Assembly (NCBI RefSeq): GCF_001194135.2 | Contig: NC_068997.1 | Location: 40,091,604-40,155,603 of the forward strand | Direction of reading: 5' to 3' | DNA from: Octopus bimaculoides | Taxonomy: Eukaryota | Length of the DNA: 64,000 bases | Shown here: positions 52,791-64,000 of the stretch, piece after piece | Layout: each line of letters starts with the position of its first letter | How positions within the stretch are numbered: the first letter of the stretch is position 1 | Notes under the pieces: generated by a model | The model's input: only the letters and a program-made list of their open reading frames with translations | Database searches by the model: none | Told to the model about the DNA's origin: nothing | Position numbers and translations under genes: made by a program

Positions 52791-53957
52791 TCAGGTCATC
52801 CCATAAGTTCTGTCCGATTTTACCTTTTTTAATATTGAATGAAATTTAATATGGTATTTTAGAATGTTTAATGGAATTAAAAATTATTTTTATGCATTTG
52901 TGTACATTTAAACTAATTAAATATTATTTTATAGAATAATAGAATTAAAATTTCTTTGATTAAAACCCTTTCTAACATAGAAGTATACAAAGAGCATTTG
53001 AGGACATAATGCTTTATGAGTACAAAAACGGAAACTCAGTTTATGGGAAAGAATGCTTGAATGAAAGAACTTGCAGAAGATGGTTTTCAAAATTCAGAAG
53101 CGGAGATTTCAGCCTTGAAGATGAAGATCGAACAGGACGTCCAGTTGAGTTTGATCATAAGCTCCTTGAGGCATTACTTGAATTAAATCCTGCATTATCA
53201 GTTGAAGAAATGGCAATAAAACGTAATTCAAACCATACAACTGTTCATCGTCATCTTCAACAACTTGGAAAAATTCATAAACTTGGAAAATGGGTGCCTC
53301 ATGAATTGTCCNNNNNNNNNNNNNNNNNNNNNNNNNNNNNNNNNNNNNNNNNNNNNNNNNNNNNNNNNNNNGCTTGGTAAAAGGGAAAATGCTCAACCAC
53401 AACCGAGAAAGGAACTTCATGGGGAAAAGGTTCTTCTCTCTATCCGGTGGGATTGCAAAAGAGTAATTTACTTTGAATTGTTACCACCTAATGCAACAAT
53501 CAATACTCAAGTCTACTGTCAGCAATTAGAGCGTTTCAACAAGCTTTGAACAAAAAAAGTCCCGCTTTAGTGAATCGAAAAGGAGTGATGTTTCATCAGG
53601 ACAATGCGCGACCCACACTGCAAAGATCACATCACAGAAGATCGAAGAGCTTGGTTGGGAAAAGATTCCTCTCCCGACATTGCTCCTTCAGACAACCATT
53701 TGTTTCGTAGTTTACAGAATCATTTGGGGGACATAACTTTCACAAGCCAGGAGGAGGTCGAAACTGACATTCCAGAGTTCTTCGCTTTGAAACCAAAATA
53801 GTTTTACATTGATGGGATTAAAAAGCTTGCAAATAGATGGAAGGAGGTCATAGATAATCAGGGAAAGTACATTGATGATTAAATTTCAATTAAATATAAC
53901 ATTTGATCACTTCTTTTCTTTATTCAAAATTCGAACAGAACTTATGGGATGACTTGA
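52791..53957 (+). mobile_element. Near-complete defective mariner (Tc1/mariner, DD34D-type) transposon
   Basis: 27-bp TIRs (tcaggtcatcccataagttctgtccga / 2 mismatches) flanked by TA at both ends; transposase remnants with WVPHEL, HQDNARPH and SPDIAPSD motifs; frameshifts, deletions and a 60-N gap. Confidence 0.95.
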
Positions 53958-54772
53958 TACATACATACGGGCGTACGTACGTACAAACATACATACATAC
54001 ATACATACATACATACATACATAAAAATACATACATACAGACATACAGGACAGAAAGACAGACAGACAGACATAGACTGATCAATTGGTTGAGGCAGAGG
54101 AGTAGAAAAGAGAAAAGTAAAAGGGATAAAAAAACGAAAATAGAAGAAAAGAGAACTCTACTTCAGAATGATTGGCATGTTTCGTTGTATCAGTGGTTAC
54201 AAAACCCAATTCTGACCTCTACTATTCATAAGTGTAGTCAGAGATAAGACGATAATCATAACTGCAGCGGCAACGATAGTAATCAGAAAATCATAGATTT
54301 CGACAAGGTGATGAGGGAGAGGTGGAAGAAAAGAGCAATGACAGGGAAATGAAAAAAAATAAAGTAACAATAATAAATACTTGAAACATCAAAGATCCCA
54401 TTCAGTGCTCAAAACAACCAGAGTTTCAAATGTTTACTTTTGCTGTTGTCATTTCTATGTGTAATGTTCTAGCCATTGTTCTTCTGTTTATAATACCAGT
54501 GTTTTTACCTTCTTTGGTGATATACATACATACACACACAAACACACACACACACACATATGCATATATCTATGTATGCGTATATATTTAAATATATATA
54601 TGTGTGCGTATGTGTTTGTATTTCTATATAGATATACATATATATATGTATGTATATATACTTATAACTACATATAATTATATATACATAAATGTATAAA
54701 TAAACACAAACACACACACATGTATATGTATACGCAGAGAATGAGGAGGATAGATAAATAGATATTTGTTCA

Positions 54773-54836
<64 letters not shown>

Positions 54837-56267
54837 NNNNNNNNNNNNNNNNNNNNNNNNNNNNNNNNNNNNNNNNNNNNNNNNNNNNNNNNNNNNNNNN
54901 NNNNNNNNNNNNNNNNNNNNNNNNNNNNNNNNNNNNNNNNNNNNNNNNNNNNNNNNNNNNNNNNNNNNNNNNNNNNNNNNNNNNNNNNNNNNNNNNNNNN
55001 NNNNNNNNNNNNNNNNNNNNNNNNNNNNNNNNNNNNNNNNNNNNNNNNNNNNNNNNNNNNNNNNNNNNNNNNNNNNNNNNNNNNNNNNNNNNNNNNNNNN
55101 NNNNNNNNNNNNNNNNNNNNNNNNNNNNNNNNNNNNNNNNNNNNNNNNNNNNNNNNNNNNNNNNNNNNNNNNNNNNNNNNNNNNNNNNNNNNNNNNNNNN
55201 NNNNNNNNNNNNNNNNNNNNNNNNNNNNNNNNNNNNNNNNNNNNNNNNNNNNNNNNNNNNNNNNNNNNNNNNNNNNNNNNNNNNNNNNNNNNNNNNNNNN
55301 NNNNNNNNNNNNNNNNNNNNNNNNNNNNNNNNNNNNNNNNNNNNNNNNNNNNNNNNNNNNNNNNNNNNNNNNNNNNNNNNNNNNNNNNNNNNNNNNNNNN
55401 NNNNNNNNNNNNNNNNNNNNNNNNNNNNNNNNNNNNNNNNNNNNNNNNNNNNNNNNNNNNNNNNNNNNNNNNNNNNNNNNNNTATATATATATATATATA
55501 TTTGTGCCCGTACATATATATAAATATACTCAACAGCATCTTTCAGAGAATTTTCATTAAAAATTAATTTATTAAGAATCATTAGTTTAAATATTATTAG
55601 TTGTGTTTAGAGAAAGAGATGTTTAAAATGGAAAAAGAAAAACAAAAGATACAATAACAAAATCGAGGAAAAACAACTAAAAATAATATCATATCTTCTT
55701 TATAGTGTTATTCCATCTGATTCGTTTAGCATTTGAGAAAAGGAATAAGAATTAATTCGATAGAATACTTAAAAGATAGCCATCAGCCATTTTTTCCTCT
55801 CCGTTTCTCTTTCTAAAGCCGTTTTACAATGTTGCGAATTGACTTTTTCTTATTATGTTTCATATTATGAAAATCTCATTTATTCATCAAAGAAAGTTAG
55901 AAATGCTTATGTATAATACTAGCTGTGTGTATATGCAGAGGTATAAAAGGGGAAAAAAAATCATATCCACGTGCACAAGCACATTTGGCTAAGACTAATG
56001 TAAAATTTTTGGTAAAAAGAAATAGCCAACATCTATGTAAAACTGCGTGTGTTCATCACAAATACACATAAACATACACTTATACACCTACGTACAAACA
56101 ACATACATATGTACATATATGTATATATATATGTGTGTGTTTGTGTGTGTGTGTATGTGTGTGTGCATATATATATATATGTGAATATATATATATAGGT
56201 ATGTTTGTATATATATATATACACGTACATATACATATGTCCATAAATGTAAGTATATATATTTTAT

Positions 56268-56313
<46 letters not shown>

Positions 56314-56864
56314 NNNNNNNNNNNNNNNNNNNNNNNNNNNNNNNNNNNNNNNNNNNNNNNNNNNNNNNNNNNNNNNNNNNNNNNNNNNNNNNNNNNNNNN
56401 NNNNNNNNNNNNNNNNNNNNNNNNNNNNNNNNNNNNNNNNNNNNNNNNNNNNNNNNNNNNNNNNNNNNNNNNNNNNNNNNNNNNNNNNNNNNNNNNNNNN
56501 NNNNNNNNNNNNNNNNNNNNNNNNNNNNNNNNNNNNNNNNNNNNNNNNNNNNNNNNNNNNNNNNNNNNNNNNNNNNNNNNNNNNNNNNNNNNNNNNNNNN
56601 NNNNNNNNNNNNNNNNNNNNNNNNNNNNNNNNNNNNNNNNNNNNNNNNNNNNNNNNNNNNNNNNNNNNNNNNNNNNNNNNNNNNNNNNNNNNNNNNNNNN
56701 NNNNNNNNNNNNNNNNNNNNNNNNNNNNNNNNNNNNNNNNNNNNNNNNNNNNNNNNNNNNNNNNNNNNNNNNNNNNNNNNNNNNNNNNNNNNNNNNNNNN
56801 NNNNNNNNNNNNNNNNNNNNNNNNNNNNNNNNNNNNNNNNNNNNNNNNNNNNNNNNNNNNNNNN

Positions 56865-56915
<51 letters not shown>

Positions 56916-57481
56916 ATACAATATATATTACGTATATATATTGCATTTATATATATGTATATATATATATATGTGTGTGTGTGCGTGTGTGTATATATAT
57001 GCCTATATGTGTATATAAATATATATATTTTTGTGTGTTTATGAATGTATGCATAGGAAATAATCCTCCTGCTTTTCAATGTATCTGAAATAACAGTGTT
57101 GTGTTTATCTAAATAAATCTACATACACGTAGCAACTTCCACACTCACATATACACACTCACACACATAACACACCCAAATATGAAAATTATTTTTTCAT
57201 GTATATATATGTGTCTATGTGTGTGTGTATATCTAAAGTATGTGTATCTACACATATGCACATGCATACACGCGCGCGCGCAACGCACAAACACACACAC
57301 ATTTATATATATGTATGTACACATATATGCATACACATAGATACACACAATGAAAAGGAGAATTATTTTCCCTTCGCACCTGCCACAATTAAGGATACAC
57401 ACGAGACACATCTCTGTTGATTAGATACTCTCTTATATAATATCTACATATGTGTGTGGCTGTGTATACATACATACATAA

Positions 57482-57524
<43 letters not shown>

Positions 57525-58149
57525 NNNNNNNNNNNNNNNNNNNNNNNNNNNNNNNNNNNNNNNNNNNNNNNNNNNNNNNNNNNNNNNNNNNNNNNNNNNN
57601 NNNNNNNNNNNNNNNNNNNNNNNNNNNNNNNNNNNNNNNNNNNNNNNNNNNNNNNNNNNNNNNNNNNNNNNNNNNNNNNNNNNNNNNNNTATATATATAT
57701 ATATATATATATATATCATAGAATACCGGGGTTCTTTGACCTTGGATGGCCTACTATGTAGAAAAATAAATGCGAGTTCGTTGCATAATGGTACCAAATA
57801 TTATGTTTGGTTCTGCTTTAGTGTTCGTTTAATGACGACCCGCACACAAGTTTCTATGTAACTCGCTTAGACAAATGAGAATGTATACCGCCATATGTAT
57901 GTTTGCTTATATGTAGATCTTTGCTGGAATGCATTTAAAACAATTTTTAATTAAAAATTATCAATTACTTTAAAGAATCACGAAAATAGCAAAACTGATA
58001 GAAGAGAGGTATTTTGTATATGTTTGAGCTTAAAATATTCACACATCTTATAAAGTAACCTGTATAGTAGTAAATGTGTCCAATAGCATCTGTCACTATT
58101 TCCAGTTTAGTTTCCGGTTCAAACGCTTAATAATTTTTTTTTTTTTCCA

Positions 58150-58870
58150 CTCATAAGTTTCCTTCTTTATTTTGAATTTCCAATTTTTCCGAGGTATTTA
58201 AATGTTCAATACACGGAATATTCTTAAAAGAAAAACGAATCTTTACATGGTTTTTATGTACACTGACTATCTCCATTAATCTTGTTCCTGTTTGGCCGAT
58301 ACAGTCCTCATTGGACTGAGGACATAGGATGAATTTAAGGAGTTTTTGTTTTACAGTTCTTAAACATTTTTCCATTCTTGAATTTTGGGACCTTACACCC
58401 TCTTCAATCAAATCATAAGTTCCGCATGAAAGATCTTCAGATTTTGTCACTAGTTTGAATTTCGCTCTTTTAAGAGTTTTCAAGACATGCCGGTTGCCTT
58501 CGGCTGTTAGTAATTTTTAAAGTTTTAATGGTTTCTCTTAGATTTGCTGGCTGGTGCAGAATTGGAAAGTGTTGCTTACATACATGCAAAACGTTGTAAT
58601 TTCTGGATTGTGAATAATTACAAATGGAATAATTCTGTCCCCAAAAATTATCCTCGATTACAGGTAAGTTCATCGCTATCAATTCACTGCAGGGAAAGCT
58701 CACCGCCATCAATTCACCGTGAAGAAATTTCACATTGTGGAAGATTTATCGAGAAAATATATCAATAGCATCTCGCCATTAATAGTTAAAAAATATTTTA
58801 TTGAAAAAGACGGTGGATTGATAACTGTGAACTTACTGGGTATGATGAGCCATTGCCAATACTATATAGA
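58150..58870 (-). mobile_element. Penelope-like element fragment (RT thumb-linker and GIY-YIG endonuclease)
   Basis: IPFVIIHNP and NSRRQP linker motifs, then LKRAKF..CEDL-like SEDLSCGTYDLIEEG..CPQSNEDCIGQTGTRLMEIVSVHKNHV, matching the Penelope GIY-YIG pattern. Confidence 0.75.
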
Positions 58871-59752
58871 AAAGATACATAGTAAGTCATTGAAGAACAC
58901 CGCCACTACCACTACCCACACAATATATACATGTGTGTATGTTTGCGACTGTGTGTGGGGAGATATAGGTAGAAATATATAGGGTAGTATTAAAGTAACA
59001 GCAAGATAGGAAGAAATCCATACAGACAAATGGTTGTAAATATGAACAATTCCGATTCACAACCATACACATCCACGCACGGCCGCGTACGTACATGCAC
59101 ACGTACGTGTACACGGAAGCACACACACAAGGACACAAGAACACACAACCATACACACACTCACACACACAAAAATGCACATACACACACTCACATGAGA
59201 CACATACAGACATTCACAAGCGCATGCACACACATACGCCCTCACACACGCATACGCAGGAACAAAAATACACATAAAGGACGCACATGTACACACATGC
59301 ACACAGACGCTTACCTATTTAAAAGAAACGTCTACACTGAACACACTCACATAAGCGCACACACACCGAAATGCACACACGTAAGTAAACACTCACACAT
59401 CTACATACATACACACATGCATACATACTCATAGGAATAATAGCAGGCCATGAAAAGTGAGGGCATGTCATTGATGAGGTTGCGATCAATAACAAAAGCA
59501 CTTTGACTAACAACCCGTTGTATGCTTAATCATTGCATTAAATAATTAAGCAAACGATCAACTAGTTTGTTGGTTAGATATTTAACCAATTGACCAAAAG
59601 TAAAACGTGATAGTGAACCAGAGCGTGTGTTTATTGCCGTTTTATTGGCATAATGACCGTCCCAAGACACACACACCATTCAGATTTAGAATCTTGCAAG
59701 CCAATTACAAAAACGAAGTAAAACAGATTCAATTTTCAAATTTAATGTTTTA

Positions 59753-59793
<41 letters not shown>

Positions 59794-60201
59794 GTCACAG
59801 GCGTGGTTGCAAAGAAGCTTGCTTCGCAACTACATGTTTCCGGGCTTAGTTACACTGCGTGGCGCGTTGGGCAAGTGTCTTCTAAAGCCTCAGGCTAACC
59901 AAAGCCTTATGAGAGAATGTAGTTGACGGAAACTGAAAGAAGCCCGTATGCATGTATGCATGTATGTATGTGTGTGTGTATGTATATGTATCATTGGGTC
60001 TCTGCTTTTCCCTCATCATCGTTTTTCAACCGGTGTTAGTGTTTTAACTTTTCCGTAACTTAGCGATTCAGCCAAAGACCGATAGAATAAATACTGGGCT
60101 TAAAAATACGTCATGTGGTCGATTTGTTCGATTAAAACCTATCAAGATGGAGTCCCAGCATGGCCTCAGTCAAATGACTGAAAACAAGATAAAAGATAAA
60201 A
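59794..60201 (+). mobile_element. SINE family A, full length
   Basis: Head, (TATG/TG) linker, body, tail cccagcatggcctcagtcaaatgactgaaaacaagataaaagataaaa. Confidence 0.9.
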
Positions 60202-60204
60202 TAA

Positions 60205-61451
60205 TGAATGTATGATAGCCGTCCACTCGTGACCGAAGAAGACCATTGCTGACCTTTAGGAACATTGTGCGTTCTAGGACTAACTTATATTTTACATTTG
60301 CGGCTCTGTTGGTGGCTAAAAAGCCCTGCTCTTGACATACATACACGACTACAAACAATGTAAACCAAGCTTTCTTCATTCACTACGCTCGCAGTGCGCT
60401 TTCGATCAGCACGATAAAATTCTTCATGAAGAATGCATGCTTTTTCAAAGGTGTCGAACCTCTGCTTAACCTCCTTCATCTATCTGTGATGCGGACAGGC
60501 ATCGCTCTCCTAGTCGGTCTCCTGCATATCACAGGCCTTTAATGAGGACTTGACACAATCCTTAAATCGCAGCCTTGGTTTCTGCCGGGGTCTCTTTCCA
60601 CTAACATGTTCCTCATATCGCATCTGTTTAGGGATCCTGCTATCCTTCATTCTAATAAGGTATCCAGTTCAACGTAACCGGTGTTTGTGCACTATCGCCT
60701 CAGTACTCAAGATATCAGCTTTTCTCAAGACCTTTGTGTCTGGAATTTTTAAGGTCCAGCTAACATTCAGGATGTGTCTCAGACATCTCTGATGGAAACG
60801 GTCAAGGATTTTACATGACGTTTGTAAAGAGTCCATGTCTTACAAGAGTAAAGGAGAGATGTCAGTACACAGCAATTTTAGTTTGACTTGTGATGCCATG
60901 CCAGGACCTGACACGAGACTCAAGAGACTAGAAGTAATCAGTTGCTCTCTGCAGCCTGAAAGATATTTCATCATCCAGGGAGCAAGAACGGCTGAGTATG
61001 CCGCCCAGGTAGACAAACTGGTCTACCGTTTCAGAATTGTTCCTTCAACCAAAATAGCTGGTTCCACATATGGAATTGCTGGTGCAGGCTGGAACATTAC
61101 AACATTCTTGTCCAGGCTAATGCTGAGTTCAAATGTCTTGCAAGAAGCAGAAAGACGATTCATAAGTATTTGCATTTCATCCACTGTATGAGTGACTAAG
61201 TCACAGTCATCTGCATAAAGGAGGTCACGAATAATAGACTGGAGAACCTTTGAATTGACAGCAAATCGGTGCAGATTAAAGAGGCAGGCAGAAGATCAAT
61301 ACCTGACATAGATTCCCAGAGAGCTAACCTTAGCAAAAGCATGAGTAAAAACAGCAGCTAAGTACAAAGAAAAGAGAGTTGGGACAAAGATTTCAAATAC
61401 AATTACAAATACGATGTAAAACAGATTAAATTTTCAAATTTAATGTTTTAG

Positions 61452-61488
<37 letters not shown>

Positions 61489-62290
61489 TCACTCTGCTTG
61501 AAAGTATTCTCTAGAGGAATGGGTCCCGCCATTCCACCACCAACATTGATCCACGCCTCCATCCCATCATGAAATGATTTAATTATACATACAAATTGAT
61601 CCGGACATCTAAGTTTGCCAAGTATTTTTCATAGCAAGGCCCTATTCACAGTATCAAAGGCCTTGGTTAAATCACTTAATACCTGGACAAGACCCCTATT
61701 CTGCTCATAGCACTTCCCCTACATCTGTTTTACTGTGAAAACCATATCCATTGGCCTTCTACGAGATCGGAAGCCACATTGGGATTCAGAGAGGACATCA
61801 TTTACGAGACACCCATTTAGGTGGGTAAGAAGAATATTTGCCAGAACCTTGCCAGCAGCTGATAGTAGAGCAATACCTCTGTGGTTACTACACATTATTC
61901 TAGCTCATTTTCCTTTATAGAGAAGAAGAAGAATTGCACCCTTCCAATCCTTAGGCCATCCCTCCAGACTACACTAGTAAGTTCATGAAAGGACTGTATG
62001 ATTTAATCACCAAATCGCAAGACCTCAGCACAAATTCCATCCCTTCCAGGTGCCCTACCAAGATTCAATTTAATTATTGCTGTCATTACCTTATCTATTG
62101 AAGGCGTGGAATTTGAGGAGCCAATGATAGGTCTTTGTTGCATAGTATCAATCACTGTTTTCTCCACAGCTGACTCAGATGTTTAGAATTTCAGAGAAGT
62201 GTTAAATCCAGCGACCTGTGATTTCTGTTGATTTTGTAGAGTAGAAGACTCCTTGGAAAGAAAAGGAGCTGATGCAGTTCTCTTAGGGAA
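60205..62290 (-). mobile_element. RTE-clade (BovB-like) LINE, 5'-truncated, about 2.1 kb, with a 96-bp insertion
   Basis: RAPGRDGICAE..NHRGIALLSAAGKVLANILL..ESQCGFRS..DLTKAFDTVNR..KQSD|IFVPTLFSLYL..RDLLYADDCDLV..C-terminal CSRVCMSRAGLFSHQ; several stops. Confidence 0.93.
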
Positions 62291-62338
62291 TGTAGGTAGT
62301 TATGTTTGTATGTATGCATGTGTCTGTTTGCCTGTGAT

Positions 62339-62339
<1 letters not shown>

Positions 62340-62427
<88 letters not shown>

Positions 62428-62432
62428 TGTGT
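62340..62432. repeat. (GT)n microsatellite
   Basis: Directly visible. Confidence 0.98.
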
Positions 62433-64000
62433 ACGTCTATTTATATCAGTGTACATAAGCGAGTGATTTGTCAGTATTGTAGAGAGGCGGAATATTTTAA
62501 ACTTCTGCAACAGAATGAACACATAGATTGAATGATTTAACCAAAAATAAGGTCCATAGACTAATGAAATACGTGCTTTATTGAGTAACAAATAATTTAA
62601 TGTATTTAATCAGATATTTTGTTTCTTCCAACAATTCAACCATTTGAATAAATCAGCAATAATGTTTTTTTTTCTTTTGATTACTATGTAGAAACCTATT
62701 TTATCGATTCCTCAATGATCAAAAGGGAAGCTTATTCTGGGAAAAGTTCATCAGAGAAGTTGAAATGGTAGACAAACGTCCACTAAAATACATTTAGTCC
62801 ATTTTTTTTAACCTTCTTTTTCACGATTTTCTTAACGCCCTAAATTTGAAACAACGCTATCACTCACTGATATCGCCTCTATACTTCCATTAACTCTATT
62901 CAAGATGATGAACAGGTTAAGTCTGAGATACTTACAAAATCCTTATCAACTGTAGCTTTCAATGGCGGAAATTTAAAAGTAACGTGAAATTTGGGCTGAA
63001 CGCAAAATATTTGAAACTCTAGATTAAAGTGTAACAATACCTTGAACTCAAATTCAATGAATCGATTCAGTGCAGTTTTAAAGTGTCTATTTAATATATC
63101 TTGCTCTCAAATAGTTGGCATGCAGTTATGAGAAAATCTTATTTTCAATATAGTCAGTAATATGCCCACTTGCTTTTCATTGAACATTATATTCTCAAAG
63201 ATATAAAAAGGTAAATTGTGAAGCCGAATTAGTATTTACAACTTTTAAGATTGTTTTTTTAATTTAAATTATTTATTTGATTTTGGTGAATGTTGTTAAA
63301 GAGGAAGTCTGTTATTCTAATTTTACAAAACTACGTAAACTGAAATATAACCACATGCATACTGATAATACGATTATAATAAGACAATGAACATTAGGCT
63401 TTTGGCTCATGTTCATTTAAGAATTTCCAGTAGTTACCTAAAGTCACATATTTCCGACCCCCACTCAAATGCTTCAACACCTGGAAAACTTGGCTGTAAT
63501 CATATAACTTTTAAGCAACACTGTATTGATACACCACATAGCTAATGGTTAATAACTTTCCTACTGTGGTAACTGTATCTCAGACAATATTGATGTTGCG
63601 CAAGCCCCAACAGAATTTGCATGCTGCAATTCGAGTTGAAGTAGCAGAATAACTCCAACAGGAATTAACTTGAGATTTTAAACTTCTGGAGAACGTGTAA
63701 TCATGAGAACAATGCCTCGATACTCAAAGTAATTCGCGCTCCATCCGCGATATGGATCCACGTCGTAAAAGCTGTTCCGCTGAACCATTGAAACCGCATT
63801 CACATTCGTCTCTATATGTTGTGCTTTGTGGGTAGGGGGTTCACACTCTCAAAATTAGTGTTAAAGCGAACGTTTTAGGTACGTAATTCAGGATGAAGTC
63901 AGCAAGATCATTTACTGAAAGTAAAACTGATACTATGCAATTCTTATAATACAGTTTTGTATTCATTAAAACATTGCCACTCAATTGATAACGTGGTAAA

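Larger units (their letters stand above)
316..57690. other. About 16 assembly gaps (N runs), most bordered by (TA)n
   Basis: For example 21690-22323, 27107-27852, 33014-33742, 54837-55482; consistent with short-read assembly failing at AT microsatellites. Confidence 0.97.

Noticed and set aside
55935-55975. TATAAAAG plus CACGTG promoter-like motifs
   Set aside because: Short motifs in AT-rich DNA with no associated gene.
155-57861. Long ORFs containing X runs or YI/CV/HT/poly-I/poly-H repeats
   Set aside because: Artefacts of N gaps and stop-free microsatellites; no domain content.
63560-63830. CpG-rich unique segment (similar patches at 20860-21010, 30130-30300, 52580-52640)
   Set aside because: No open frame or repeat match is recognised. 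They could be regulatory or conserved non-coding elements, but this cannot be supported without alignments.

Overview
Repeat-dense eukaryotic non-coding DNA, most likely from a coleoid cephalopod (Octopus). That assignment rests on my recognition of the tRNA-derived SINE families and was not confirmed by a search. I find no supportable host protein-coding exon, rRNA, true tRNA or CRISPR array. Nearly all long ORFs in the track are artefacts of microsatellites and about 16 N gaps. The window holds roughly 30 SINE copies in several families and decayed non-LTR retrotransposons (R4/Dong-like x3, HERO-like, CR1/L2-group x2, Tx1-like, RTE x2). It also holds a Penelope-like fragment, a near-complete mariner, a long-inverted-repeat MITE-like element and weaker DNA-transposon remnants. 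The most interesting signals concern how the mobile elements interact: a LINE/SINE shared 3' tail with a covarying stem-loop, a complete 2x2 set of SINE head/body module combinations, a SINE with twin-priming-like 5' inversion inside a 12-bp TSD, and two apparently locally templated insertions of about 100 bp. A 133-bp-arm foldback and a 60-nt pre-miRNA-like hairpin are also noted. None of this proves a new biological system. All alignments were done by eye and family names are provisional.
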